Of a stretch of 64,000 nt of DNA, positions 54,471-63,557 are shown one piece after another. Numbering within the stretch: position 1 is the first letter of the stretch; the number at the start of each line of letters is the position of its first letter. The DNA is from Myxococcota bacterium (GTDB lineage: Bacteria; Myxococcota_A; UBA9160; JAFDDA01). The position numbers were made by a program, and so were the translations under genes. Below the pieces are notes generated by a model that worked only from the letters and a program-made list of their open reading frames with translations, had not been told where the DNA came from and searched no databases. The DNA lies in the NCBI GenBank assembly GCA_965228475.1, contig OZ245817.1:4384001-4448000 (forward strand), read 5' to 3'.

Positions 54471-57224
54471 GTGAAGTTGTTCGTTTCTCTTGGCGCAGTC
54501 TTTGCGCTGTTGGTGGCCCAGCCCGCACGGGCCACGGTCAATCACGGGGATTTCCTCGGAACCAGCGTCGATTTCATCGCCGTCTCCGAGACCACCCAGA
54601 CCGCCGGCGACCCGGAGCCGATCTGGGGCGCGCCGTCGATCGGCGGTTCGGGCGACCAGCTCGTCTTCTTCCCCGCCGCGTTCACCTCGTCCTGCTCCCT
54701 CGGCAGTTCGGACGTCACCACCTCGATCCTCACGACGACGATCACCGCCCAGCCCGGCGGCCACATCGACAACGTGACCCTGGTCGAGTCCGGCGACGCC
54801 ACGCTCACCGTGTTCCCGCCCTTCGGCGACCCGTCGACGAACGTGACGGCCGCGCTCACGGGCACCGTCACCGTCACCGAGACGACGAGCGGCCCGATCG
54901 CCCCGGTCGTGATCCCCTTCACCGGGAGCTTCACGCCGAGCGACACGTTCTCCCTGCCGATCAACTTCGGCCTCTCCACCTGGTCCGGCTCGATCAGCGT
55001 CGACGTCGCTTCCGTCGTGCCGCTCGCGACGGTGGCCGAGCTCTCCCTCGACAACACGCTCACTTCGAACTGCGGCCCGGGCAACACGAGCGCCCTGATC
55101 CAGAAGAAGGTCGTGAGCGGCCCGAGCGTGGCCATCCTGGTGAACCCGATCGAGTGCGAGCTCGAGCTCGACAAGACCTGCTGCGTCACCCAGCCCGCCC
55201 TGCCCGACCTCGGCAGCTGCGAGGGCGACATGACGCGGGTCGTGTTCGAGTACACCGGCGACAAGTGCTGGAAGTCGAACAACGACCAGGGCCACGCCTT
55301 CCGCTGCTACGGGCGGCGCCCCGTGGGCGACTCGGCGGACCTGACCTTCCTGCGTGACGCCGCGACGCTGTCCGCGACGCCGATGACCGACATCGACCGC
55401 GGCGACCTCATCGAGATCACGAGCAGCACGGGCACGCTCCCGAACAAGCTCAAGATGAAGATCCGCGACGATTGGTGGCGGCGTCAGATCGTGAAGATCG
55501 ACACCTCCTGCGAGAAGGCCTTCGCCTGCGACGACCAGTTCGGCGCCTTCAAGGTCGTCGAGTTCGAGAGCACCGAGGGCGGCCTCGTGGACTGCAACGC
55601 GCCTCCGGGGCCGCCGGTCTGCGCCGTCTCCGGCGACCCGGCGGGAACGCCGTGTGACGCGAAGCTCGTGGACGTGGTCTACGAGTACACCGGCCAGGAC
55701 TGCCAGGATCCGCTCGCGAACGGCCAGAACGGCGAAGCGAGCTGCTCGGGCGACGCCACCGGCGGAAGCAACGTCGGCATCGTTTATGCCGGCCAGCACG
55801 CCTGGCGCCACCGGGTCTCGCCGGCCAGCGGCATCAACGACGGCGACCGCATCCGCGTGACCTCGCGGCACCGCGGCAGCCTGTTCCCGAACCAGAAGTA
55901 CCTGATCACCGACGACAGCGGCGTGCTGCAGGAGATCGAGCTCCACACCTCGTGCTCCGAGCCCCTCGCCCTCGGCGACGAGTTCGGCAGCCTGAAGGTG
56001 GTCGAGTTCACGACGAAGAACGGCACGCGCGTGGCGCTCGGCAGCGGCGACGACGGCCCCTTCGACGCCTGCGAAGTGCCGCTCTCGCCGCCGGGACCGC
56101 ACTGCACGAGCGACCTCCAGGAGCTGACGCTGGTCTACATCGGCGACTACCTGGGTGAAGGCTGCACCGTGAGCAACTCCCAGAGCGGCTACGCCCACTG
56201 CACGGGCGACGCCGATCCGGGCGATCCGGTCTCGGTGGTCCCGGGCGCCGGCCTCGAGGCCGACCCGCTCGACACCATCGAGTTCGGCGACCTCGTGACC
56301 TTCACGGCCACGAGCGGTGGCGACCTGCCGAACTTCGTGACCCTCGACGTCACGGGCGCCGGCGGCAGCCAGTGGATCCAGATCAAGACCTCGTGCCACA
56401 AGCCCCTGAGCCTCGGAGACCGCTTCGGCTCCTTCGTGGTCTTCGGGATGGACCGTGAGGACGAGGGCGCGATCAGCCTCGGTGGCAACGTCCAGTACCA
56501 GTACACGGTCACGAACCCGGGCACCTCGACGGTCGACAACGTGTCGATCGACGACGACCAGCTCGGCCTGATCACGAGCGGCGTCTCCCTCGCCCCGGGC
56601 GAGAGCCAGACGTTCGTGCAGCCCGCGACGCTCTACGGCACCACCACGAACGTGGCGACGGCCACGGGCGACGTGGCCGGGGACGTCTGCGCCCCGGGCG
56701 TCGATCAGGTGACGATCGGCGTGACGGCGCCGCCCCAGGGCTCCTTCCGATGCGCCTGCTACCAGTCGCTGACGGAGGTCACCCTGGTGTGGGACGGCGA
56801 GGACACCGTCGACATCGTGGCCTGGGACGGAAGCCCCGGCGGCACGATGCTCGCCATGGTGGACGACGTGGCACCGGGCGAGGCCGTGACGGTCACCGGG
56901 TTCACCCAGGACGATTCGATCTGGGAGATCTTCGACGAGACCGGAACGACCAAACTCGGCGAGTCGACCTTCGAACTCACCTGCCGCGACAAGGCGATGA
57001 ACGGCATCGAGGACTGCGGCAAGCGGGTGGGCGACGGGAAGTACAACGACCCGGGCTTCATCAACGACTGGCTCGTCGAGGGCATGGTCGACGACGACGA
57101 GACCCTGGTCTGCTCGCCGCTGCTCGCGGGGCCGCCGCCGGCCTGCGGCTTCGGTCCGGAGCTCCTGCTGATCCTGCCGGGACTCATGTTCTGGCACCGC
57201 CGCAGCCTGCGCGAAGAGGCCTAG
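54471..57224 (+). CDS. Large secreted Cys-repeat surface protein with C-terminal CGxG-TM-basic anchor
   Basis: N-domain paralogous to upstream PEP-CTERM protein; three TSC...GD.FG-type repeats; ends ACGFGPELLLILPGLMFWHRRSLREEA. Confidence 0.85.
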   Translation: MKLFVSLGAVFALLVAQPARATVNHGDFLGTSVDFIAVSETTQTAGDPEPIWGAPSIGGSGDQLVFFPAAFTSSCSLGSSDVTTSILTTTITAQPGGHIDNVTLVESGDATLTVFPPFGDPSTNVTAALTGTVTVTETTSGPIAPVVIPFTGSFTPSDTFSLPINFGLSTWSGSISVDVASVVPLATVAELSLDNTLTSNCGPGNTSALIQKKVVSGPSVAILVNPIECELELDKTCCVTQPALPDLGSCEGDMTRVVFEYTGDKCWKSNNDQGHAFRCYGRRPVGDSADLTFLRDAATLSATPMTDIDRGDLIEITSSTGTLPNKLKMKIRDDWWRRQIVKIDTSCEKAFACDDQFGAFKVVEFESTEGGLVDCNAPPGPPVCAVSGDPAGTPCDAKLVDVVYEYTGQDCQDPLANGQNGEASCSGDATGGSNVGIVYAGQHAWRHRVSPASGINDGDRIRVTSRHRGSLFPNQKYLITDDSGVLQEIELHTSCSEPLALGDEFGSLKVVEFTTKNGTRVALGSGDDGPFDACEVPLSPPGPHCTSDLQELTLVYIGDYLGEGCTVSNSQSGYAHCTGDADPGDPVSVVPGAGLEADPLDTIEFGDLVTFTATSGGDLPNFVTLDVTGAGGSQWIQIKTSCHKPLSLGDRFGSFVVFGMDREDEGAISLGGNVQYQYTVTNPGTSTVDNVSIDDDQLGLITSGVSLAPGESQTFVQPATLYGTTTNVATATGDVAGDVCAPGVDQVTIGVTAPPQGSFRCACYQSLTEVTLVWDGEDTVDIVAWDGSPGGTMLAMVDDVAPGEAVTVTGFTQDDSIWEIFDETGTTKLGESTFELTCRDKAMNGIEDCGKRVGDGKYNDPGFINDWLVEGMVDDDETLVCSPLLAGPPPACGFGPELLLILPGLMFWHRRSLREEA

Positions 57225-57258
57225 GCGCAAGGGATCGGTAGGTCCAGTGCAAGAACGC

Positions 57259-57284
57259 AACGCCCCGGCTTCGGCCGGGGCGTT
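57259..57284 (+). terminator. Rho-independent terminator-like hairpin
   Basis: AACGCCCCGGC-TTCG-GCCGGGGCGTT, cUUCGg tetraloop. Confidence 0.75.
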
Positions 57285-57362
57285 CGCGTTTCAGGGCCCG
57301 CGCGAGTCCGCAGGACCCGCCGATTCCGCCCACACGCCGGGCCGCGAAGGTAAGATGTCGCC

Positions 57363-58136
57363 GTGCTGCCCTACATCGAACAGCCCGTCCTCGACCTCGG
57401 CTTCTACCGCATCGAAGCGTTCCCCGTCCTCGCGCTCCTCGCGATCGTGGCGCAGTTCCAGATCACGCTGCGGCGCGCGCCGACGGCGGGCATCTCCCGG
57501 CGCGACGCCTCCTCGCTCTGCGGCTGGGCCATCGCCCTCGGCCTCGTCGCCGCCCACGTCTTCGACGTCATCGCCTACCAGCCCCAAGCGCTCCTCGAGA
57601 ACCCGATCATCCTGTTCACGATCTGGAGCAGCCTCTCGTCCTTCGGCGGAATGCTCGGCGGCATCGGGGGGCTGGCCTTCCTCATGCACCGCCGGGGCAT
57701 GAGCGCCGAGGACCAGATCCGCTTCGTCGACACCCTGATCTACGCCCTGCCCTTCACCCTGGCGATCGGCCGCTTCGGCTGCGGGCTCCTGCACGATCAC
57801 CCGGGCCGCGCCTCGACCCACTGGCTGGCCGTCGACTTCCCCGACGTCTCGCGCTTCGACACCGGGCTGCTCGAATCCTTCTACACCGCGGCGATCGCGG
57901 CGCTCTTCCTCGTGCTCGGGCGCAAGCCGCGGCCGGCGGGCTTCTTCATCGGCGCCTTCTTCCTGCTCTATGGGCCGGTGCGCTTCCAGCTCGACGCCCT
58001 GCGCATCATGGAGGCGCGCTACCTCGGCTGGACGCCGGGCCAGTACCTCTCCATCGTGGCGACGGTGGTGGGCGCGGGCGTGCTCTTCTGGGCGCTGCGG
58101 CGCGGCTCGGTTCAGGAGCGGCGCACGGCGGTCTGA
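57363..58136 (+). CDS. lgt: Prolipoprotein diacylglyceryl transferase family protein
   Basis: LSSFGGMLGG, IGRFGC..HDHPG, YGPVRF.LD.LR, TPGQY; multi-TM. Confidence 0.8.
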   Translation: MLPYIEQPVLDLGFYRIEAFPVLALLAIVAQFQITLRRAPTAGISRRDASSLCGWAIALGLVAAHVFDVIAYQPQALLENPIILFTIWSSLSSFGGMLGGIGGLAFLMHRRGMSAEDQIRFVDTLIYALPFTLAIGRFGCGLLHDHPGRASTHWLAVDFPDVSRFDTGLLESFYTAAIAALFLVLGRKPRPAGFFIGAFFLLYGPVRFQLDALRIMEARYLGWTPGQYLSIVATVVGAGVLFWALRRGSVQERRTAV

Positions 58137-58726
58137 TAGGCCCAGACCGCCACGATCAGACCCGCCGGCAGATCCACGAACCAGTGCTGCCGGGTCGCCA
58201 TCGTCGCGTAGAAGATCAGACCGCCCCAGACGAGCCCGGCCGCGAGGAGCAGCGGCTTCTTCCGGCCGAACACGTGGGCGGCGAAGAGCAACGAATACAC
58301 GGTCAATCCCGCGTGCAGGGACGGGAACGAGTTCGAAGGGCGGTCGACGCCGACGATCGCCCGGTAGACCGCGTGGTCCGGTACCTCCGCCGGCCGCGGC
58401 CCCTCGACGGGCATGAGCAGGAAGAACGCGAAGCACACGAAGCAGAGCCGGAAGAGGCCCTTCGCATAGCGAAGGAGATCCGCGCGGCGCTCGGCCAGGA
58501 GGGGCGCGAGCGGAACGAGCAGCGCGAGGGAGGCATAGGGCCATACCCAGGCCGGGTCGAAGGCGACGAGGCCGTCGATGGGGGTCGCGGGCACGTCGCG
58601 CGTCGGGAAGAGATGAACGCGCTGGAGGGTGAAGTAGGGGACGCAGATCCCGACGGCGAGCCCGAGCCAGACGGCGACCTTGGTGCGGAGTTCGGCGCCG
58701 AAGCGAGCGGCCAGGCTAGAAGCCAA
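58112..58726 (-). CDS. PAP2-family membrane phosphatase/phosphotransferase
   Basis: D.PSNSFPSLHAG, ATRQHWFVDL.AG. Confidence 0.82.
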   Translation of the reverse strand: MASSLAARFGAELRTKVAVWLGLAVGICVPYFTLQRVHLFPTRDVPATPIDGLVAFDPAWVWPYASLALLVPLAPLLAERRADLLRYAKGLFRLCFVCFAFFLLMPVEGPRPAEVPDHAVYRAIVGVDRPSNSFPSLHAGLTVYSLLFAAHVFGRKKPLLLAAGLVWGGLIFYATMATRQHWFVDLPAGLIVAVWAYQTAVRRS

Positions 58727-59822
58727 GTTCGTCCGCGATGCGCGCCCGGTGCCAGGTGGCGTCCCCGAGCAGCTCGAGGCTCGACCGCGCGCGCTTGTAA
58801 TAGTGGTGCGGGGCGGCTTCGTCGGTCACGCCGATCCCGCCGTGGATCTGGATGTTGCTCGCCGCGCACTGCTGGTAGGCCTCGCTGCAGAGCGACTTGG
58901 CGAGGCTCGCGGCCTGGGGCAGCTCGGCGTCGCCTTCGGCGCAGGCCCAGGCGGCCCAGTAGGCCGCCGTCCGCGCGCCCTCGAGGGCGAGCAGCATGTC
59001 CGCACACCTGTGCTTGATCGCCTGGAACGCGCCGATCGGACGGCCGAACTGCATGCGCTCCTTGGCGTAGGCCACGGCCATCTCGAGGCACGCCTCGGCG
59101 CCGCCGAGGCACTCGAGGGCGAGCTGCGCGGCCGCCTCGTCGAGGGCCCGCGCGAGGCCGGCCGCGGCGTCGCCGCCGACCCGCACCGCCCGCGCCCCGT
59201 CGAGCTCGAGGTCCGCGAGCCGGCGCGTCGGGTCGAGGGTGGGCTGCGCGCTCGCCTTCGTTCCCGGAGCACCGGCCTCGAGCGCGAAGAGCGCCAGGCC
59301 GTCGGGCGCCCGCGCCACGACGAGCAGCAGGTCCGCCGTGTGGCCATCGACGACGAAACGTTTCGCGCCGTCGAGCATGAAGACGTCCCCGTCGGCGCGG
59401 GCCGTCATCGTGACGTCCGAGACGTCCCAGCTCGAACCCTCGACCCAGGCGAGGGTGGCCGTGCGCCGTCCGGAGGCGACGTCCGGCAGCCAGGCCGCGT
59501 GGTCCGCAGCGTCGCCGACGTGAACCAGCGCCGGCGTCGCGAGGCAGGCGGTCGCGAAGAACGGCGTGCAGGCGAGGGTGCGCCCGAGCTCCTCCTGGAC
59601 GATGCCGAGTTCCAGGGGCCCGAAGCCCTGGCCGCCGTGGGCCTCGGCGATGGCGATCCCGGGCAGGCCGAGCTCTTCGCTCATGGCCTTCCATAGCGCC
59701 GGGGCCCAGCCCTCGGCGCGGGCGCTCGCCTCGCGAACCTCGCTGAGCGGCGAGCGCTCGGCGAGGAAGCGCCGGATCTCGGCGCGGAAGGCTTCCTGTT
59801 CTTCACCGAATGCGAAGTTCAT
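58716..59822 (-). CDS. Acyl-CoA dehydrogenase, beta-subunit type
   Basis: MNFAFGEEQ, LDPTRR, RMQFGRPIGAFQAIKH, QIHGGIG. Confidence 0.85.
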   Translation of the reverse strand: MNFAFGEEQEAFRAEIRRFLAERSPLSEVREASARAEGWAPALWKAMSEELGLPGIAIAEAHGGQGFGPLELGIVQEELGRTLACTPFFATACLATPALVHVGDAADHAAWLPDVASGRRTATLAWVEGSSWDVSDVTMTARADGDVFMLDGAKRFVVDGHTADLLLVVARAPDGLALFALEAGAPGTKASAQPTLDPTRRLADLELDGARAVRVGGDAAAGLARALDEAAAQLALECLGGAEACLEMAVAYAKERMQFGRPIGAFQAIKHRCADMLLALEGARTAAYWAAWACAEGDAELPQAASLAKSLCSEAYQQCAASNIQIHGGIGVTDEAAPHHYYKRARSSLELLGDATWHRARIADELGF

Positions 59823-59969
59823 GGGCGGGAGGAGCCAGCGATGAGGGCGGCGGGAGGGCCGGGCGTCATGGTGGCGGGAGGGTAAGGGGCCTTCGAGAAG
59901 TCGGCCCCCGCCAATCCACCCCGGGCGGGTTCCTGTTACACCGGAGCAGTCTGACGGGGGCCGTCGAAA

Positions 59970-60005
59970 TAGAACCTGTTACAATTATTATTAGAACACG
60001 TTCCA
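59970..60005. promoter_or_regulatory. Two KstR-type operators
   Basis: TAGAACCTGTTACA (59970-59983) and TAGAACACGTTCCA (59992-60005), both TnnAACnnGTTnnA, between divergent ACAD genes. Confidence 0.82.
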
Positions 60006-60082
60006 GCCCGTTGTGCAACCATGAATCGGAGCGGGCCGGCCGCCGAGGCCGCCCCCCACAGAAAAAGCCTTCGAGGACGAGC

Positions 60083-61267
60083 ATGTACGTCGATTTCACC
60101 GCCGAGCAGGACGCCCTTCGCATGCGCATCCGCGCCTACTACGAGGGGCTCCTGACCCCCGAGATCCGGGCGGAGCTGGCGGCGGAGGAGGACGGCGGCG
60201 CCGGCGGAACGGCCTACCGGCGGGTCGTCGCCCAGATGGGCAAGGACGGCTGGCTCGGCGTCGGCTGGCCCGAGGAGTACGGCGGCCAGGGCTTCACCCC
60301 GATCGAGCAGTTCATCTTCTGGGACGAGACCTACCGCGCGCGGGCGCCGCTTCCGATCATCCCGGTCAACACGATCGGCCCGGCGATCATGCAGTTCGGC
60401 AACGAGGTGCAGAAGAAGGAGTACCTCCCGCCGATCCTGCGCGGCGAACTCCACTTCGGCGTCGGCTACACCGAGCCCGGCTCGGGCACGGACCTGGCCT
60501 CTCTCACCACCCGGGCCGACCGCGTCGGCGACGAGTACATCGTGAACGGTCAGAAGATCTTCACGACCCACGGCCACGACTGCGACTACATCTGGCTCGC
60601 GGCGCGCACGGACCCGGATGCGCCGAAGCACAAGGGCATCTCGATCCTGCTCGTCCCGACGAGCGCCGAGGGCTACTCGGTCACGCCGATCCACACCCTC
60701 GGCGGCGAGCGGACCAACGCCACCTACTACGAGAACGTGCGCGTGCCCGTGAGCAATCTGGTCGGGCCCGAGAACGGCGGGTGGTCGCTCGTCGTCTCTC
60801 AGCTGAACCACGAGCGCATCACCCTCGCGACGCCCGGCACCGCCGACCGCCTGCTCGAGGAGGTCTGGCGCTGGGCCGCCGCGACCGATTCACCCGAGGG
60901 CGGGAAGATGATCGAGCGCGAGTGGGTGCAGACGAACCTCGCCCGGATCTACGCGAAGCTCGAAGCGCTGAAGCTCCTGAACTGGCGCTCCGCGTGGTCC
61001 CTCACCGCGGGGCACCCGCGCATGGAGGAGGCCAGTGCCGTCAAGGTGATGGGGACGGAGTTCTTCGTCGAGTGCTACCGGCTGCTGCTCGAGATCACTG
61101 GCGAGGCGGGGCTCGTGCGCGGCGGGGAGCCGGGCATGCTCTTCGGCGGGCTGCTCGAGCACGCCTATCGCAGCGCGGTCACGCTGACCTTCGGCGGCGG
61201 GGTGAACGAGGTCCAGCGCGACATCATCGCCATGGCCGGCCTCTCGCTGCCGCGGGCGCGGCGCTAG
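60083..61267 (+). CDS. Acyl-CoA dehydrogenase, FadE26/FadE29-like alpha subunit
   Basis: GYTEPGSGTDLASL, TNATYYENVRVP, SQLNHER, TFGGGVNEVQRDIIA. Confidence 0.88.
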   Translation: MYVDFTAEQDALRMRIRAYYEGLLTPEIRAELAAEEDGGAGGTAYRRVVAQMGKDGWLGVGWPEEYGGQGFTPIEQFIFWDETYRARAPLPIIPVNTIGPAIMQFGNEVQKKEYLPPILRGELHFGVGYTEPGSGTDLASLTTRADRVGDEYIVNGQKIFTTHGHDCDYIWLAARTDPDAPKHKGISILLVPTSAEGYSVTPIHTLGGERTNATYYENVRVPVSNLVGPENGGWSLVVSQLNHERITLATPGTADRLLEEVWRWAAATDSPEGGKMIEREWVQTNLARIYAKLEALKLLNWRSAWSLTAGHPRMEEASAVKVMGTEFFVECYRLLLEITGEAGLVRGGEPGMLFGGLLEHAYRSAVTLTFGGGVNEVQRDIIAMAGLSLPRARR

Positions 61268-61319
61268 TTCTCACACGCGGCGCTAGTTCTCACACGCGGC
61301 GCTAGTTCTCACACGCGGC
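61258..61319 (+). repeat. 19-bp tandem repeat, 3 perfect copies plus partial
   Basis: (GCGGCGCTAGTTCTCACAC)x3 GCGGC; further partial copy at 61334-61346. Confidence 0.9.
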
Positions 61320-61339
61320 TCCAGCTCGCGCGTGCGGCG

Positions 61340-62101
61340 CTAGTTCGCGGCGCCGAACACCTTCTTCAGGAGATCCGTGCTGCGGGCCGCCGGCTCCTTG
61401 CGGATCTTCGTTTCTTCCTGCGCGAGCACGGTGAACAGGCCCGAGAGCGCGCCGTCGGTCACGTGGTTGCGCAGGTCCGGCGGCTGCTGCCTCGAGAAGG
61501 CGGAGAGCGGGTTCGCCTCGTAACGGGCGACGAGGTCGTCGTAGAGCTTCACGAGGCCGACGGCCGACATCTTCTCCTCGACGATCGGCGCGAAGCGCCC
61601 GCGCAGCTCGTCGGAGGTCGTGCGCCGGAAGTAGTCCGTCGCGGCGGTGTCGCCGCCCTCGAGGATCCCGAAGGCATCCTCGATCGTCATCTGCTGGACG
61701 CCGTTCCAGAAGACCGAGGCCGCCTCCCCCGCCGCCTGCTCCGCCGCGCGGTTCATGGCGATCTCGAGCTCGTCGACCTGGCGCCCCATGCCGACGGCGC
61801 GCAGCGTCTTGGTCATCGTCCCGAGGGATTCGGGCGTGTGGATGCGGATCAGCTCGTTCGCGAGGAAGCCGTCGAGCTTCGAAGTGCTCGCGACCGTCCG
61901 GTCCGTTCCGACGCGCAGGGCCTCCTTCAGGCCCGCCACGACGGTCCCCGCATCGAGGGCGGCGTTCTGGGTCACCCCCGCCTGCTCGAGCACGGCGTTC
62001 AGGTCCGAGAACTTCGGCCCGCCGTCGGCGCAGCCCGTCACGAAGACGAACGGCAGGACTGCGAACCAGCTGGCGGAGCCGAGCGAGAACCGATCATGCA
62101 T
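61340..62101 (-). CDS. DUF4197 family lipoprotein
   Basis: Lipobox VTGC; GLKEALRVG, MNRAAE.A, MTIEDAFGIL.GGDTAATDYF, EETKIR..PAARSTDLLKKVF. Confidence 0.88.
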   Translation of the reverse strand: MHDRFSLGSASWFAVLPFVFVTGCADGGPKFSDLNAVLEQAGVTQNAALDAGTVVAGLKEALRVGTDRTVASTSKLDGFLANELIRIHTPESLGTMTKTLRAVGMGRQVDELEIAMNRAAEQAAGEAASVFWNGVQQMTIEDAFGILEGGDTAATDYFRRTTSDELRGRFAPIVEEKMSAVGLVKLYDDLVARYEANPLSAFSRQQPPDLRNHVTDGALSGLFTVLAQEETKIRKEPAARSTDLLKKVFGAAN

Positions 62102-62124
62102 CCACGTGCCCTCCTGGCCCTTGC

Positions 62125-62487
62125 TTAGCGCATGTCGTCGAGGGCGGCGGCAGCGGCCTTCTCGGCGTCGTCGGCCTCTTCCTCGATCGCATCGCCGAGG
62201 TCTTCGGCGCCCTGCTCGATGCCGGCGGCCACGTCGGTCGCCGTCTCCTCGGCGGCGGCCGCGACGTCCCGAGCCGCATCTTCCGCGGCGTCGACCATCT
62301 CACGAGCCGCTTCGGTGCCCTCTTCGACGGCGCGCTCGGCCGCTTCCTTGGCTTCCGCGGCGGCTTCCTTCGCACGTGTCTCCATCCGGGCCATGGCGTC
62401 CGGCGTCGTCGCGTCTTCCTGCGCGTCTCCGCAGCCGATCATGGTGAACCCGAGCACGGCGGCGAGCAGCATTCCCTTGCGAACCAT
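62125..62487 (-). CDS. Ala/Glu-rich small lipoprotein
   Basis: Lipobox MIGC; low-complexity helical body; GGAGG RBS. Confidence 0.75.
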   Translation of the reverse strand: MVRKGMLLAAVLGFTMIGCGDAQEDATTPDAMARMETRAKEAAAEAKEAAERAVEEGTEAAREMVDAAEDAARDVAAAAEETATDVAAGIEQGAEDLGDAIEEEADDAEKAAAAALDDMR

Positions 62488-62529
62488 GTTCATTCCCTCC
62501 TGAGGACGCGATCGGTCCTCGCACAAAGA

Positions 62530-62559
62530 TCGGGGCGACGCCCGAAGGCGCCGCCCCGA
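62530..62559 (-). terminator. Terminator-like hairpin
   Basis: Minus RNA UCGGGGCGGCGCC-UUCG-GGCGUCGCCCCGA followed by UCUUU. Confidence 0.65.
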
Positions 62560-62576
62560 AGTGGCGGACAGTCGTT

Positions 62577-63557
62577 CTAGCGGACCCGGACGCCCAGAGC
62601 CTCGACCGTCGCGATCGTCAGGTTGCCCGTGGGCAGACCCTTCGCACGCTGGAAGGCGTTCACGGCGGTCATGGTCTGGCCACCGAGCTGGCCGTCGATC
62701 GGGCCCGGCTCGTGGCCGGCGGCCTGCAGCGCGCGCTGGATGTCGCGCACGATGCCGGGCGAAACGTTCGTCTCGCACAGGATCTCACGCCAGGCCATCT
62801 GGCCCTCGGTCACCTTCGCGGTGCGGGTCACGGTCTGGTACTCGGCCGGGATCTCGATCGTGCGGCTCTTCTCCGGCTCGACCAGGCGTCGAACGCGGAC
62901 CGTCTCGTACTTGGCCGGGATCTCGATCTTGCGCGTCGTCGGCCCCGCCGTCATCACGCGCTTGCGCACGGACTTGTACTCCTCGGGGATGGCGATCTCA
63001 CGCGTGGTCGCCGCCGACTTCAGGACGCGCTTGCGCACGACCTTGTAGGTCGCCGGAACCTCGACGAGGCACAGGATCTCGCCCGTCGTGTTGTTGACGC
63101 GCTCGATCGGGCCGCGGCCCTTCTTCCAGACGGTGTGGGCGGGCTGGTCGAGCACGCGCTCTTCCGTCCACTCGTAGACGGCCGGAACCTCGACGATCTG
63201 CTTGCTGGCCGGCTTCACGAGGACCTCTTCCGTGCGCCACTCGTACTGGGCCGGAACGACCTCGAGCCGCTCGGAGGCTTCCTGCACGAGAACCTGCTCG
63301 GTGGCCCACTCGTAGCGAGCCGGGATGACCTCGATCTTGGTGCTGGCTTCGCGCTTCAGCACGTCGTAGGAGTCCGTGCGGAACGTCGCCGGAACGAACA
63401 CGCGGGCGTAGCACTCGCCGGGGTTCGCCGAGGGCGGAAGCAGGTCGGCACCGACGAACTTCGCCGGGGCGGCGCCGACGGGCGGCGCATCTTGGGCGCT
63501 CGCCATCGGGGCGACGCCGAGGGCGACGACGGCCGCCAGGGTGGTCGTGAACTTCAT
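62577..63557 (-). CDS. Secreted peptidoglycan-binding protein with VPA.Y..V repeats
   Basis: Signal peptide; ~8 repeats of (V/I)PA.Y; C-terminal PG-binding IQRALQAAG..PGPIDG..G.QT..AV.AFQ. Confidence 0.85.
   Translation of the reverse strand: MKFTTTLAAVVALGVAPMASAQDAPPVGAAPAKFVGADLLPPSANPGECYARVFVPATFRTDSYDVLKREASTKIEVIPARYEWATEQVLVQEASERLEVVPAQYEWRTEEVLVKPASKQIVEVPAVYEWTEERVLDQPAHTVWKKGRGPIERVNNTTGEILCLVEVPATYKVVRKRVLKSAATTREIAIPEEYKSVRKRVMTAGPTTRKIEIPAKYETVRVRRLVEPEKSRTIEIPAEYQTVTRTAKVTEGQMAWREILCETNVSPGIVRDIQRALQAAGHEPGPIDGQLGGQTMTAVNAFQRAKGLPTGNLTIATVEALGVRVR

Noticed and set aside
61258..61319. CRISPR array
   Set aside because: Repeats are directly adjacent with no spacers; no cas genes in the window
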